Shown: positions 9,100 to 18,714, counted from the stretch's first letter. The stretch is DNA of 64,000 nucleotides from an uncultured Thermoplasmata archaeon (GCA_963735185.1 CAVTJV010000007.1:1239791-1303790); one strand, 5' to 3'. Notes: a model not told the origin generated them from the sequence alone. Numbers and translations: made by a program.

Positions 9100-10872
9100 C
9101 TAGGGCGCGGGAGACCTTGGCAACCATTTCGTGCCGACCCAGCTCTCGTAGACCTTCTGGGCGAGCTCGGACGGTGAGTCCATCGGAGCGAAGGCGTACT
9201 TCCGGGGGGGTGGGACCCCCGTGGTAATCGGAACCCGGTGCAGGTAACCGCGGCGGAAGACCGTGATGTCGAGGGGTGTGCCGGCCGGGGACTTCTCGAG
9301 CGTCTTGTCGAGGTTCGCGTACGTGACCTTGCCATCGTTGATCGCGATGATCTCGTCGCCCGGAGTGAGGCCGGCCGCGTGTCCGGGCCGCCCGGCGAAG
9401 GAGTACCGGACGCGGGCAAGACCCCCCGCGTCCTCGACGGCGATGCCGAGGTCCCCGGGCTCGGGCTCGTCCTTTTCGTCCGGTCCCTTCGGCTTCGGTG
9501 CGAGGACGAGGCCGGCGTAGCGAGCGAACGCCGCCAGGTCGAGCTCCTCCGTGCCCCGAACGTACCGGTCGAAGAACGAAGTGAGGTCGAGCCCGGTCGC
9601 CCGGTTCACCACGGGCAGCAGCTCGTCCTCCTCGAGCCCGCGGCCGACCTTGCCGTACTCGTTCCAGAGGAGGCGTAGAACGGTCTCGAGGGAGGCCCGG
9701 GTCTCGCTCTGGTGGCGGATCTCGAGGTCGAGGCACAGCGAGACGAGGTCGCCCTTCCGGTAGTAGGAGACCGACTGGTTCGGGGACTCCTCGAACGGTT
9801 GGTAGAGGTCGACCCAGGCGATGAGGGACAACTCCTCCAGCGAGATGCGGTTCCGTCCGGGGGTCTCGAGGTACTCCTTGACGATCTTCGCGCGTTGCTC
9901 GAGGAACTGGTCCGGGGTAAAGAGGCCCGCCCGCCGAAGGACGAGGTAGGTGAAGTAATCGGTCGTCCCCTCCATCCACCAGAGCATCCGAGTGTAGTTC
10001 TCTCGGGTGTAGTCGAACGGTCCCAGGACCTTCGGCCGGATCCGCTTCACGTTGTAGAGATGCAGGTACTCGTGGGCCGTGATGCTGAGGAAATGGCGGT
10101 ACGACTCTCCCGGGCGGAAGGCCGCCCTCGGTACGACGATCGACGTCGAGGAGGCGTGTTCGAGGCCCCCGTCCGCGACGTCCGTCAGGTGGTAGAAGAA
10201 CGTGTACCGGGATAGGGGGGAGTCGCCGACGAGCGCGACCGTGGCCTCGACGATCCTGGAGATGTCCTGTTCGAGGACGTGCGCGTCGTAGTTCCCCCCT
10301 TCTCCACAGAGGGAGATACGGTGCGGGATGCCGGCCGGATGGACCGTCAGGAGAACGGGCCGACCGACCTCGATCGGGGAGTCCACGAGCTCATCGTAGT
10401 TCCGGGCGCGGTAGCGAGGAGGGGTCCTACCGACCTCTTCGAGCTCGGTGACGACGGTCCATTCGGTGGGGACGTCGAGGGCGACGGTCACCGGGTCGGA
10501 GAGGTGGCCGTCCACGTACGGTAGGCAGAGGGCGGCGTTAAGGAACAGATGGTCCGGGGTGAGGTCGAACCCCTCGGTCACGAGCTGGTGACCGTAGACC
10601 GTGTAGTCGACATGGACCCGGGGGGCGCCTCCGGTCGGGATGCGCCATCGGGCCTTGTCGACGCGCACCGTCGGGAGGGGCGCTTCCTCCGACGCTCGCC
10701 GGGCGGTGACGTCGCGGAACCCGCGACTGTAGTTGAGGATGTGATAGGAGCCGGGTACCCAGGACGGCAAAACGAGGTCGACGGTGGGCCGGGTGACCCC
10801 TTCCAGGTCGACCGAGAGTCGCGCCCGGTGCTCGGACGGGACGTGGGCGCGGACGGTGTAGAGGATCTCCAT
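9100..10872 (-). CDS. M61 family glycyl aminopeptidase with C-terminal PDZ domain
   Basis: The zinc motif lies in the context SITAHEYLHLYNVKRIRPKVLGPFDY...WWMEGTTDYF. A C-terminal PDZ-like segment reads GLTPGDEIIAINDGKV. Confidence 0.8.
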   Translation of the reverse strand: MEILYTVRAHVPSEHRARLSVDLEGVTRPTVDLVLPSWVPGSYHILNYSRGFRDVTARRASEEAPLPTVRVDKARWRIPTGGAPRVHVDYTVYGHQLVTEGFDLTPDHLFLNAALCLPYVDGHLSDPVTVALDVPTEWTVVTELEEVGRTPPRYRARNYDELVDSPIEVGRPVLLTVHPAGIPHRISLCGEGGNYDAHVLEQDISRIVEATVALVGDSPLSRYTFFYHLTDVADGGLEHASSTSIVVPRAAFRPGESYRHFLSITAHEYLHLYNVKRIRPKVLGPFDYTRENYTRMLWWMEGTTDYFTYLVLRRAGLFTPDQFLEQRAKIVKEYLETPGRNRISLEELSLIAWVDLYQPFEESPNQSVSYYRKGDLVSLCLDLEIRHQSETRASLETVLRLLWNEYGKVGRGLEEDELLPVVNRATGLDLTSFFDRYVRGTEELDLAAFARYAGLVLAPKPKGPDEKDEPEPGDLGIAVEDAGGLARVRYSFAGRPGHAAGLTPGDEIIAINDGKVTYANLDKTLEKSPAGTPLDITVFRRGYLHRVPITTGVPPPRKYAFAPMDSPSELAQKVYESWVGTKWLPRSPAP

Positions 10873-10881
10873 GGGTCCGCC

Positions 10882-11103
10882 CTACCCGAATCCCGGAAGG
10901 TCTCGGTCGGACGGCGGCTCGTTCCCCTTGCGGACGTACGGCTCGGCCGCGATGCCGAGGTGGGCCGTCAGCATGCGGAGCGTCTGCACCAGCTGACGGA
11001 CGGACTGGGCCATCTCCCTCTGTTCGGCCCTCATCTGCTGGAGCTCCTCTCGGAGGACCCGCAGTTCCACCTCCCAGCGTGCCTCGCCGGAACCGACCGA
11101 CAT
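10882..11103 (-). CDS. Small coiled-coil protein, hypothetical
   Basis: It is a 73-aa ORF with heptad-like LRVLREELQQMRAEQREMAQSVRQLVQTLRML. It sits directly upstream of the peptidase gene on the same strand. Confidence 0.4.
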   Translation of the reverse strand: MSVGSGEARWEVELRVLREELQQMRAEQREMAQSVRQLVQTLRMLTAHLGIAAEPYVRKGNEPPSDRDLPGFG

Positions 11104-11409
11104 CGTCCCACCCTCGAACGGCCGAGGGCCGGTCGGTAATTACCTTGTCCCGGAGGGACGGCTCCCCCCGAACAACTCCGGTCGGCGCTGGAAGACGACG
11201 GACGGACGACGCCCGGTCCTCCACAGCGGCGTGCACCGGAGGTGACCGAGCCTTAACTCCGTGGGCAGCGACTTCGGTTCGGGAGATCCGATGGTCGCGG
11301 TGACCGACCCACGAGCGTCGTTGCGCGCGGGACGACGAGGGGGGTCCCTCCGCAACCTCGGCAGCAACGCTCATGAACCTCCGCTCTGGGGGGTGGAGCA
11401 GAAGCACGC

Positions 11410-12423
11410 ATGTCGGACGCGATCATAGCGGAAGGGCTTTCGAAGACGTTCAACGGCTCGGTGAAGGCCGTGGACGGCGTCTCTTTTTCGGTGAAGCAGG
11501 GCGATGTCTACGGCTTCCTGGGTCCGAACGGTGCCGGGAAGACGACCACGCTCTCCATGCTCACCGCGGTGCTGGGACCGACCGCGGGTCGGGCGACCGT
11601 GGACGGCCTGGACGTCCTCCACGACGCGCACGCGCTGAAGCAGCGGATCGGGCTCGTGTTCCAGGAGTCCACGGCCGACCAGGACCTCACGGGGCGTGAG
11701 AACCTGGAACTCGCAGCCGCGCTGTTCGCGGTCCCTCTCCGCGAGACGTCCAAGAGGGTCGACGAGCTGCTCGAACGCCTAGCCCTCACCGACTCGGCCG
11801 ACCGCCTGGTGAAGACGTTCTCGGGCGGCATGCGGCGGCGGCTCGAGCTCGCCGTCGGGATCATCCACTCCCCCCGGGTGCTCTTCCTGGACGAGCCGAC
11901 GCTCGGGCTGGACCCTCAGGGAAGGGCGGGCTTCTGGAAGATTGTCAGCGAGCTTCGAAAGGACACGGGGATGACCGTCTTCCTCACGACGCACTACCTC
12001 GACGAGGCGGACGGCGTCTGCGACCGGATTGCGATCATCGACCACGGGAAGATCGTGGCATCGGGGACCCCGTCCGAGCTCAAGGACCGTCTGGGCGGCG
12101 ACATCGTCACGGTCCGGCCGCTCGGTGACGCCGCGGCGCTCGGCCCGGCCCTGATGGCCCTCCCCGGGGTCACGGCCGTGACCCCCCAGGACGGAACGTT
12201 CCGGGTGAAGTGCCCGAGCGGGGACACCCTGATCCCGAAGGTCGTCGGGGCCGCCACCAGCCTGGGGATCGGTCTCGCGGGCGTCTCGCTGCGACGACCC
12301 AGCCTGGACGAGGTGTTCCTGGAGTTCACGGGACGGGAGTTCCGCGAGGACGAGGGACCGACGGCAACCGACCGGGCGGTGTTCTTGACCCGTGTCCAGA
12401 GCACCCGCCGAGGGCTGCGATGA
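11410..12423 (+). CDS. ABC transporter ATP-binding protein (ABC-2/DrrA-like exporter type)
   Basis: It has Walker A GPNGAGKTT, the signature FSGGMRRRLELA and Walker B VLFLDEPTLGLD. The stop overlaps the start of the permease gene (ATGA). Confidence 0.85.
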   Translation: MSDAIIAEGLSKTFNGSVKAVDGVSFSVKQGDVYGFLGPNGAGKTTTLSMLTAVLGPTAGRATVDGLDVLHDAHALKQRIGLVFQESTADQDLTGRENLELAAALFAVPLRETSKRVDELLERLALTDSADRLVKTFSGGMRRRLELAVGIIHSPRVLFLDEPTLGLDPQGRAGFWKIVSELRKDTGMTVFLTTHYLDEADGVCDRIAIIDHGKIVASGTPSELKDRLGGDIVTVRPLGDAAALGPALMALPGVTAVTPQDGTFRVKCPSGDTLIPKVVGAATSLGIGLAGVSLRRPSLDEVFLEFTGREFREDEGPTATDRAVFLTRVQSTRRGLR

Positions 12424-13269
12424 ACGTCCGACGCTGGAGCGCCCTCACGAAGCGCGAGCTCCTCAAGATCGCGCGGAACCCGGCGGCGATCGCCACGAGC
12501 CTCATGCTCCCCATCCTCTACCTCATCTTGTTCGGGCAGGGGTTCAACTTCACGAGCTTCCTCAACTCGCCGTACCTGTCGCCGACGCAGCGGACCCAGC
12601 TCCTCCACCAATACCTGCTGGGGGCGCCGGACTACTTCTCCTACTTCGCGGCCGGCATGGTCGGGTTCGTGTGCGTGACGGCAACCCTGTTCGTCGGGGC
12701 GAACGTCATCTTCGACAAGCTGTTCGGGACGTTGAAGCGGACCGCGGCGTCCCCCGCCACGGCGGCCGACATCTTCGGCTCCCGGCTCGGTGGCCGGGTC
12801 GATCCAGCCGGTCGGCCTCGCCTTCCTCGTCCTGGGTCTGGCGGTCCTGCTCGGGGACGTGGGGCTGGCCGGCCTCCATGTCAGCGCCACCGTCACCGTG
12901 GTGGGCGCCGCGGAGATCGTGGTCGCCATCCTCCTCCTGTCGCTGATGTTCGCCTCGTTGTTCCTCGCGCTCGGCTTCACGATCGAGCAGCCGCAGACCT
13001 ACTTCGCCCTCGTGAACGCGATCAACCTGCCCGTCCTGCTCACCTCGGCCGCGCTCTACCCGTGGGGCGCGATGCCGGCGTGGCTCCAGGGGATCGCTTC
13101 CTACAACCCGATCACGCTCGCGGTCGAGGTCCTCCGGATCGACCTCTTCGGAGGCGCGTTCTATCCGTACGCGGCCTGGGTCTACTTGCTCGGGCTCATT
13201 GGTTGGGCCGTGACGATGTTCGCGGTCGCGACGTTCCTGACCCAGCAGGCCCTCGCACCGAAGTCCTAA
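12420..13269 (+). pseudogene. ABC-2 type transporter permease, reading frame interrupted by an apparent +1 frameshift near 12770-12792
   Basis: Frame 0 from ATG 12420 gives MNVRRWSALTKRELLKIARNPAAIATSLMLPILYLILFG...ASPATAADIFGSRL and then degenerates to R/G/P text. Frame +1 from about 12790 continues with VAGSIQPVGLAFLVLGLAVLL...YNPITLAVEVLR..., a typical ABC-2 C-terminal half. Removing 1 nt joins the halves. Confidence 0.7.
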
Positions 13270-13281
13270 CGAACGGGCGGT

Positions 13282-13980
13282 TCAGGAGCGGCCGCCCGAA
13301 GGGCCGAACGGGGAGTCGACGGTCCCCTTCTCCACGAACGGCACCCAGGCCTGCTTTTCGGCGGAATAATCGACCCGCTGGAGCTCGACGACGAAGCTCT
13401 TCAGGAGCTCGTTCGGGGCCGGACGAACCGAGACCGCGTAGACGTAGATCCCGAACCCCATGAACTCCAGGACCCGCCGCAGGACCTCCCCGAGCGCCTC
13501 CCGCGGGACCGTGACTCGGATCGAGGTCCCTCCGAGGAGGGTGGAGAACTCGTCCACGTCGAAGGGCCGGTCAAGGGTGATCAGTGGCTGTGCCGGCGCC
13601 CCCGAGGAAGGGGGGACCATGGGAGCGGGAGCGGCCGCGGGTGAGGGCGGTGAAGACGGGATCTGCACCGGAGCCGGGCGGCGGGGCGCGAATCCAGCCT
13701 CCCGGGTTGGGTAGTGGTCGAGGACCGGGCTCGCCTCCCGGCCCACGAACCGGGGTCGAGCTTGGGCCGTCGGGCGACGGGGCGAGCGGGGGGCGGCCTT
13801 CTTCCTACGGGCTCTCTTCCTCGTCGCCATGGGGCTCGTTGGGCGGGAAACATCGGAGGCCATAAGAGGTCGTACCGGGCGGCCCGGCCGTTCCCCGCGG
13901 GAGTCGTATAACGCGGGTTTGTAGCGAGGCGAGCCGTGCGACTCTCCGTCATTGGAAGGGGTTTCTGTCGCGCTTAGCAC
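13282..13980 (-). CDS. Hypothetical protein: basic/Pro-rich disordered N-terminal half plus compact about 100-aa C-terminal domain
   Basis: The C-terminal part LITLDRPFDVDEFSTLLGGTSIRVTVPREALGEVLRRVLEFMGFGIYVYAVSVRP... looks globular. The start is uncertain, with internal Met codons available. It is divergent from the Tes-like gene. Confidence 0.5.
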   Translation of the reverse strand: MLSATETPSNDGESHGSPRYKPALYDSRGERPGRPVRPLMASDVSRPTSPMATRKRARRKKAAPRSPRRPTAQARPRFVGREASPVLDHYPTREAGFAPRRPAPVQIPSSPPSPAAAPAPMVPPSSGAPAQPLITLDRPFDVDEFSTLLGGTSIRVTVPREALGEVLRRVLEFMGFGIYVYAVSVRPAPNELLKSFVVELQRVDYSAEKQAWVPFVEKGTVDSPFGPSGGRS

Positions 13981-14061
13981 GACACATGGGTTATGTAGAC
14001 CGGCATGGGTGAGGCACCTGGTCCGAGCCGTCCAGGCGGGCCCGAAAGAGAGGAAACGAGA

Positions 14062-15774
14062 ATGCCGGCACGTGTGATGATGGAGTTCCAGGCGCCCCGT
14101 GGCCTACCCCGCAAGACCGCCTCGGTCTGTCCCGAGTGCATCAAGGTCATCCCGGCGATCGTCCGGGAGAAGGAGGGGCGGGTCATCATGGAGAAGACCT
14201 GCCGGGCCCACGGCTACTTCTGGGACATCATCTCGAACGACGTCGACCTCTACCTCCGGATGGAGGCGTATGCCCACGACGGGGTCGGCTACGAGAACCC
14301 CTACTACGACAAGTTCCGCGGCTGCCCGACCACGTGCGGCATGTGCAGCCACCACAAGTCCCACACGGGCCTCGCGCTCGTCGACCTGACGAACCGCTGC
14401 AACCTGAAGTGCCCGGTCTGCTTCGCGAACGCCAACGCCGCCGGGTACGTCTACGAGCCGACGCGCGAGCAGATCCACTTCATGCTCAAGACCCTCCGGG
14501 AGCAGAAGCCCGTCGGAACGGTCGCCGTCCAGTTCTCGGGCGGCGAGCCGACCCTCTCCCCCCTCTTCCTGGACGCGGTCTCGATCGCCCGGGACCTCAA
14601 CTTCAAGCAGATCCAGGTCGCGACGAACGGGATCCGGTTCGCGAACGAGCCCGGCTTCGCCCAGGCGTGCCGGGACGCGGGCCTCCATACCCTGTACCTG
14701 CAGTTCGACGGTCTCGACGATGAGATCTATCGAAAGGTGCGCGGGGTCCCCCTGCTCAAGACGAAGCACAAGGCGATCCAAGCGGCCCGGGACACGCACA
14801 CCTCCCCGGCCGAGCTCGCCGCGGGCAAGCCGGACAAGCCGATCTCCGTGGTCCTGGTTCCGACGCTCGTCGGCGGGTTCAACGAGAAGGAGATCTGGCC
14901 GACGGTCAAGTACGCGATTGACAACATCGACGTCGTCCGCGGGGTCAACTTCCAGCCGGTCGCGCTCACGGCGCGGATCCCCGACAAGGACCGGTTCCAG
15001 ATGCGGTTCACCCAGTCGGACCTCGTCCGGATCCTCTGCACGGAGGGGCCGTTCGACAAGTCGGACTTCTTCCCGGTCCCGTCGGTGGCCCCGATCTCGG
15101 AGCTCACCTCGATCATCCATGGCGAGGAGAAGATGACGCTCACGACCCACCCGGGCTGCGGGTGCGCCACCTTCGCGTTCATCTCGAAGGACGGCCAGAA
15201 GATCACCCCGCTCCCCCGGTTCATGGACGTCGACGGATTCTTCGAGAACGTCGAGTCGATGATCGAGAAGTACCGGGACGCCCGCTTCTCGCGGGTCCGC
15301 ACCGCGGTCGCCGGAGCCCGCCTGCTCCACGACGTGGCGAAGTTCTTCGACTTCTCGAAGGCCCCGGAAGGCCTCAACGAGAAGAACTGCGTCCGGGTCA
15401 TCGCGGGGATCTTCACCGGCGGGAGCAAGGAGGCGGTCGCGAAGTTCACCTGGCAGACCCTCTACATCGGGAACATGCACTTCCAGGACGCCTACGACTA
15501 CGACATCCAGCGCCTGATGCGCTGCGACATCCACTACGCCGTGCCGGACGGGCGGGTCATCCCGTTCTGCTCGTACAACTCGGGCCCGATCTACCGGACG
15601 GAGGTCGAGCAGAAGTTCTCGGTCCCGATCCCCGAATGGCAGGCGGCGAAGAAGCAGGGCGGCTTTGCGCTCAAGACCCTCGACACGATGGGCGTCAACG
15701 GTGAGGTCATCGTCGACCCTGAGTACTACAAGATCCGGGCGCTCAAGGGCGCGCCGGGCATGACGTCCACCTAG
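14062..15774 (+). CDS. tes: Radical SAM enzyme of the MJ0619 / tetraether lipid synthase (Tes, GDGT-MAS) family
   Basis: An N-terminal zinc-ribbon-like CPECIKV...CRAHG is followed by the radical SAM cluster motif LTNRCNLKCPVCFANAN, then VQFSGGEPTL, in a protein of about 570 aa. The start is placed at ATG 14062 (GAGG 10 nt upstream, AT-rich box at about 13990). The ORF is open from 14005. Confidence 0.65.
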   Translation: MPARVMMEFQAPRGLPRKTASVCPECIKVIPAIVREKEGRVIMEKTCRAHGYFWDIISNDVDLYLRMEAYAHDGVGYENPYYDKFRGCPTTCGMCSHHKSHTGLALVDLTNRCNLKCPVCFANANAAGYVYEPTREQIHFMLKTLREQKPVGTVAVQFSGGEPTLSPLFLDAVSIARDLNFKQIQVATNGIRFANEPGFAQACRDAGLHTLYLQFDGLDDEIYRKVRGVPLLKTKHKAIQAARDTHTSPAELAAGKPDKPISVVLVPTLVGGFNEKEIWPTVKYAIDNIDVVRGVNFQPVALTARIPDKDRFQMRFTQSDLVRILCTEGPFDKSDFFPVPSVAPISELTSIIHGEEKMTLTTHPGCGCATFAFISKDGQKITPLPRFMDVDGFFENVESMIEKYRDARFSRVRTAVAGARLLHDVAKFFDFSKAPEGLNEKNCVRVIAGIFTGGSKEAVAKFTWQTLYIGNMHFQDAYDYDIQRLMRCDIHYAVPDGRVIPFCSYNSGPIYRTEVEQKFSVPIPEWQAAKKQGGFALKTLDTMGVNGEVIVDPEYYKIRALKGAPGMTST

Positions 15775-15838
15775 AGTCGACCCGCGCCCCCGGGCGAACC
15801 GAACCCCTTCTTACCCTACTTCTCGGTCCACCGTTGGT

Positions 15839-16363
15839 TCAAGGGCCGGTCTCGAACAGCGCGGCGCCCGCCTCGCGCCATCGGCGGCTCGGGGGCACCG
15901 ACCCGCGGCCGGGCCGCTCGAGGCGTCGGTCAATCTCTTTCCAGACGACGGCCGGGCGGACCGACGGCTTCGGCGGAGGGGACGGGGATGCATCGGGGTG
16001 AGTGGTGAGCCAGCGGTCGGCGGCCTCGATGTGCTTACAGGTCCCGAGGCCGCGACGGGCGAAGTCGGTGCACGTGCACATGTCCGCCCATCGGTCAGGG
16101 TACGCGGGTCGCATCACGAGGTAGGTCGTGCGGTGGAGGGGGTTGCGGACCTCGATGAGAGGGTACGGGTCCCGTTGACGCAACCGTAGGTCGAGCGGTT
16201 CCTCGAGCGCCCGAGACCGGCGCTCGCTCACCTCGTCAGCGAGCTCCTGGGCGTCCAACGGGGCTCTGGGGGCGGTCGGTCGACGCCGGTCCACGAACCG
16301 CTCACGGTCGGGCGCTACATACGGCTTCGGGGGCGGAGAGGGAGCTTCGCCCTCTCGGACCAA
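15839..16363 (-). CDS. SWIM-type zinc finger protein
   Basis: The CxCxnCxH motif is CTCTDFARRGLGTCKH. The rest of the protein is Pro/Arg-rich. Confidence 0.6.
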   Translation of the reverse strand: MVREGEAPSPPPKPYVAPDRERFVDRRRPTAPRAPLDAQELADEVSERRSRALEEPLDLRLRQRDPYPLIEVRNPLHRTTYLVMRPAYPDRWADMCTCTDFARRGLGTCKHIEAADRWLTTHPDASPSPPPKPSVRPAVVWKEIDRRLERPGRGSVPPSRRWREAGAALFETGP

Positions 16364-16472
16364 AGGTTGTTATCGTCCCCCGAGGTCTTCCGGTTCAAGT
16401 CCGTCGCGTCCGTCGCACGACCGCTCCGGTTCTCGCCGGGGAGGTGCCGGGCGTCGGAGCGCGGCGACCTTC

Positions 16473-17813
16473 GTGGAGCACGGGGACCAGATGGACACGA
16501 CCACCGAGTTCATCGTGGCCCTGTTCCTCCTCATCGGCCTCGCCATTCTCGTCGGCGAGCTGGCAAGTCGCCTCGGAGTCCCCGCGCTCGTAGGTCAGAT
16601 CCTGGTCGGGGTGGTGCTCGGACCGAGCGTGCTCGGGAACGCCCTCGGGTTCACGAGCGTCCCGTCCAGCGAGTTCACGGGGATCCAGTTCCTCGCCACA
16701 TTCTTCATCCTCATGATGGCGGGCCTCGCGGTGACCCCCGCCCAGATCCGGGCGACCGGCCCGTCGGCCGCCGCGTTGGGCATCGCCATCTTCGCCATCC
16801 CGTTCGCGGTGGGCGTCGCCGTGGTCCGCCTGCTGTACCCCACGCTCGCGGTCGACACCTCGCTCTTCATCGCCCTGTGCGTTTCGATCACCGCCCTCCC
16901 CGTCCTCGGCATCATGCTGCGGGAGTTCGGCCTCGCCGACAGCCGCTTCGGAGCGTTCCTGATGAACGCCGCGGTCGTCAACGAGCTCGCTGCGGTGACG
17001 ACGTTCGCCATCCTCCTCCGGCTCGAGAGCGGCACCGGGAACCTAGCGTTCGACATCGCGACCGCGGTGGCGACGGTCGGGCTGTTCCTCACGACCATCC
17101 TGGCGATCCACATGGGGCTCCAGAGCCTGCGCCAGCTCCACGTCTGGGACCGATGGGTCGACCGCTTCCGCCTCACCTGGCGGTCCCGCGAGGCCGGGTT
17201 CGGGTTCCTGATGATCGCCGGGCTGGGCGCCGCGCTCTACTCCCAGTTCCTAGGCCTCACGTTCATCGTCGGGGCGTTCTATGCCGGACTCCTCGTCACG
17301 CCGGAGAGCGCCGGCCGAGCGGGCCATCGCACGATCAGCCTCGTCTTCAACGCCATCACGTGGGGATTCTTCATTCCCCTGTTCTTCGCCCTCGTCGGCT
17401 TCGGGATGGACTTCACCACGCTCAGCTTCGCGGACTACTCCATCCTCGCGCTCGCCTCCCTCACCCTCTACGCGTTCTTCTCGAAGGTGTTCGTCGGGTC
17501 CGCGTTCGCCCGCGCGCTCGGCTGGTCCGGGGACGAATCGCTCTGCGCCGGGATGCTCGTGTCGAGCCGGGGAGCGGTCGAGCTGGCGATGGCGGTGATC
17601 CTGTACCAAGAGGGGTACTTCACCAAAGAGATCTACACGGTGGTCGCGGCGGTCGGGTTGTTCACCACCCTCTTCGCCCCGATCGGTGCGAAGCCGTTCG
17701 TCCGGTCGATCACCGCGGCCCGCCGGGCCTCGGCCGAGCGCGCCGCCGCGATCGCCGAGAGCCTGCCGCCGCGGCACATCATCTCCGACGGCGAGATCAA
17801 CCTTTCCCGGTGA
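16473..17813 (+). CDS. Cation:proton antiporter (CPA2 / Kef-NapA type Na+(K+)/H+ exchanger)
   Basis: It has about 12 TM helices. The N-terminal text LLIGLAILVGELASRLGVPALVGQILVGVVLGPSVLG is characteristic of the Na_H_Exchanger family. Confidence 0.8.
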   Translation: MEHGDQMDTTTEFIVALFLLIGLAILVGELASRLGVPALVGQILVGVVLGPSVLGNALGFTSVPSSEFTGIQFLATFFILMMAGLAVTPAQIRATGPSAAALGIAIFAIPFAVGVAVVRLLYPTLAVDTSLFIALCVSITALPVLGIMLREFGLADSRFGAFLMNAAVVNELAAVTTFAILLRLESGTGNLAFDIATAVATVGLFLTTILAIHMGLQSLRQLHVWDRWVDRFRLTWRSREAGFGFLMIAGLGAALYSQFLGLTFIVGAFYAGLLVTPESAGRAGHRTISLVFNAITWGFFIPLFFALVGFGMDFTTLSFADYSILALASLTLYAFFSKVFVGSAFARALGWSGDESLCAGMLVSSRGAVELAMAVILYQEGYFTKEIYTVVAAVGLFTTLFAPIGAKPFVRSITAARRASAERAAAIAESLPPRHIISDGEINLSR

Positions 17814-18001
17814 CCAGCTCGAACGGGTCGGACGCCGGCCACCACGGTTATCTCTCGTCCGTCGACTGACCCTGACGTGCGGGTCGAACCGAGGCCTCCA
17901 GCCACCTCGAGAAGGAGACCCGGTCGGCCGGAGCCGACCCGGACGGAACTCGACCTCGGGTCCCGCACGAGGACCGTTCGCCGTTCCTAGCGAGGTCGAG
18001 G

Positions 18002-18655
18002 GTGGAGCGAGGGTTCCCTTGGTATCTCGTCACCGTCGATATCGACGGGACGCTGACGCGGACCCATGGCTGGAAGGAGATCGCCGTGGCGTTCGGGCGG
18101 CTCGAGGGGTTCGAGGAGACCAACCGCCGTTTCTTCGCCCATCAGATCGACGAGGACGTCCACCTCGCCGACCTGCTCGACCTCGCCACCGGGCACACCG
18201 TCGCCGAAGTGGAGGCCGTTCTGGAGCGGACCCCGATGCTCGCGGGGATCGCCGAGGGGATCTCCCAACTGCATGACCGAGGAGCCGAGGTCGCGGTACT
18301 GACCCACAACCCCACCTACGTGGCCGACTGGTACCGGCGCACCTTCGGCTTCGACGCCGCCGAGGGCGTGGCGGCCCAGGCGGTCGAGGGAGGGAGGATC
18401 GGTCCTCCGGTCGATGTGCGAGCCGACAAGCCGGGGGGCTTGCGCGCCCTCCTCTCCCGGGACCGGACCCCGCCATCGCGCGTGGCGCACGTAGGCGACG
18501 GTTGGTCGGATGCCGAGGTGTTCGCGCTCGTAGGCGGCGGGGTCGCCTTGAACTCGCCCTATCCTGAGGTGAATCGCGCCGCCGACCTCGTGCTCACGAC
18601 CCAGGACTTCCGGGACGTGGTCGAAGGGCTTTCCCACCTCGCCCCCCGAACGTGA
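18002..18655 (+). CDS. HAD superfamily hydrolase (subfamily IB, phosphoserine-phosphatase-like)
   Basis: HAD motif I is VDIDGTLT. Motif IV is the HVGDGWSDAEVF context. A cap domain lies between them. The start is GTG. Confidence 0.75.
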   Translation: MERGFPWYLVTVDIDGTLTRTHGWKEIAVAFGRLEGFEETNRRFFAHQIDEDVHLADLLDLATGHTVAEVEAVLERTPMLAGIAEGISQLHDRGAEVAVLTHNPTYVADWYRRTFGFDAAEGVAAQAVEGGRIGPPVDVRADKPGGLRALLSRDRTPPSRVAHVGDGWSDAEVFALVGGGVALNSPYPEVNRAADLVLTTQDFRDVVEGLSHLAPRT

Positions 18656-18714
18656 ACGGCGACCGGCCACGGTCCACAGGATTCTTATAGCGCTCCTACG
18701 TCGAACGGTTCGCG

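Noticed and set aside
11104-11409. 300-nt ORF-free spacer upstream of the ABC transporter, considered as SRP RNA or a riboswitch
   Set aside because: I found no SRP helix-8 (GGAA / AGCAG) or Alu-domain motifs on either strand. The only standout is the palindrome GGTAATTACC (11135-11144), which is positioned like a TATA element for the minus-strand 73-aa ORF.
16392-16402. GGTTCAAGTCC T-loop-like string in the SWIM/antiporter spacer
   Set aside because: The flanks form at most a 3-bp stem, and there is no cloverleaf on either strand.
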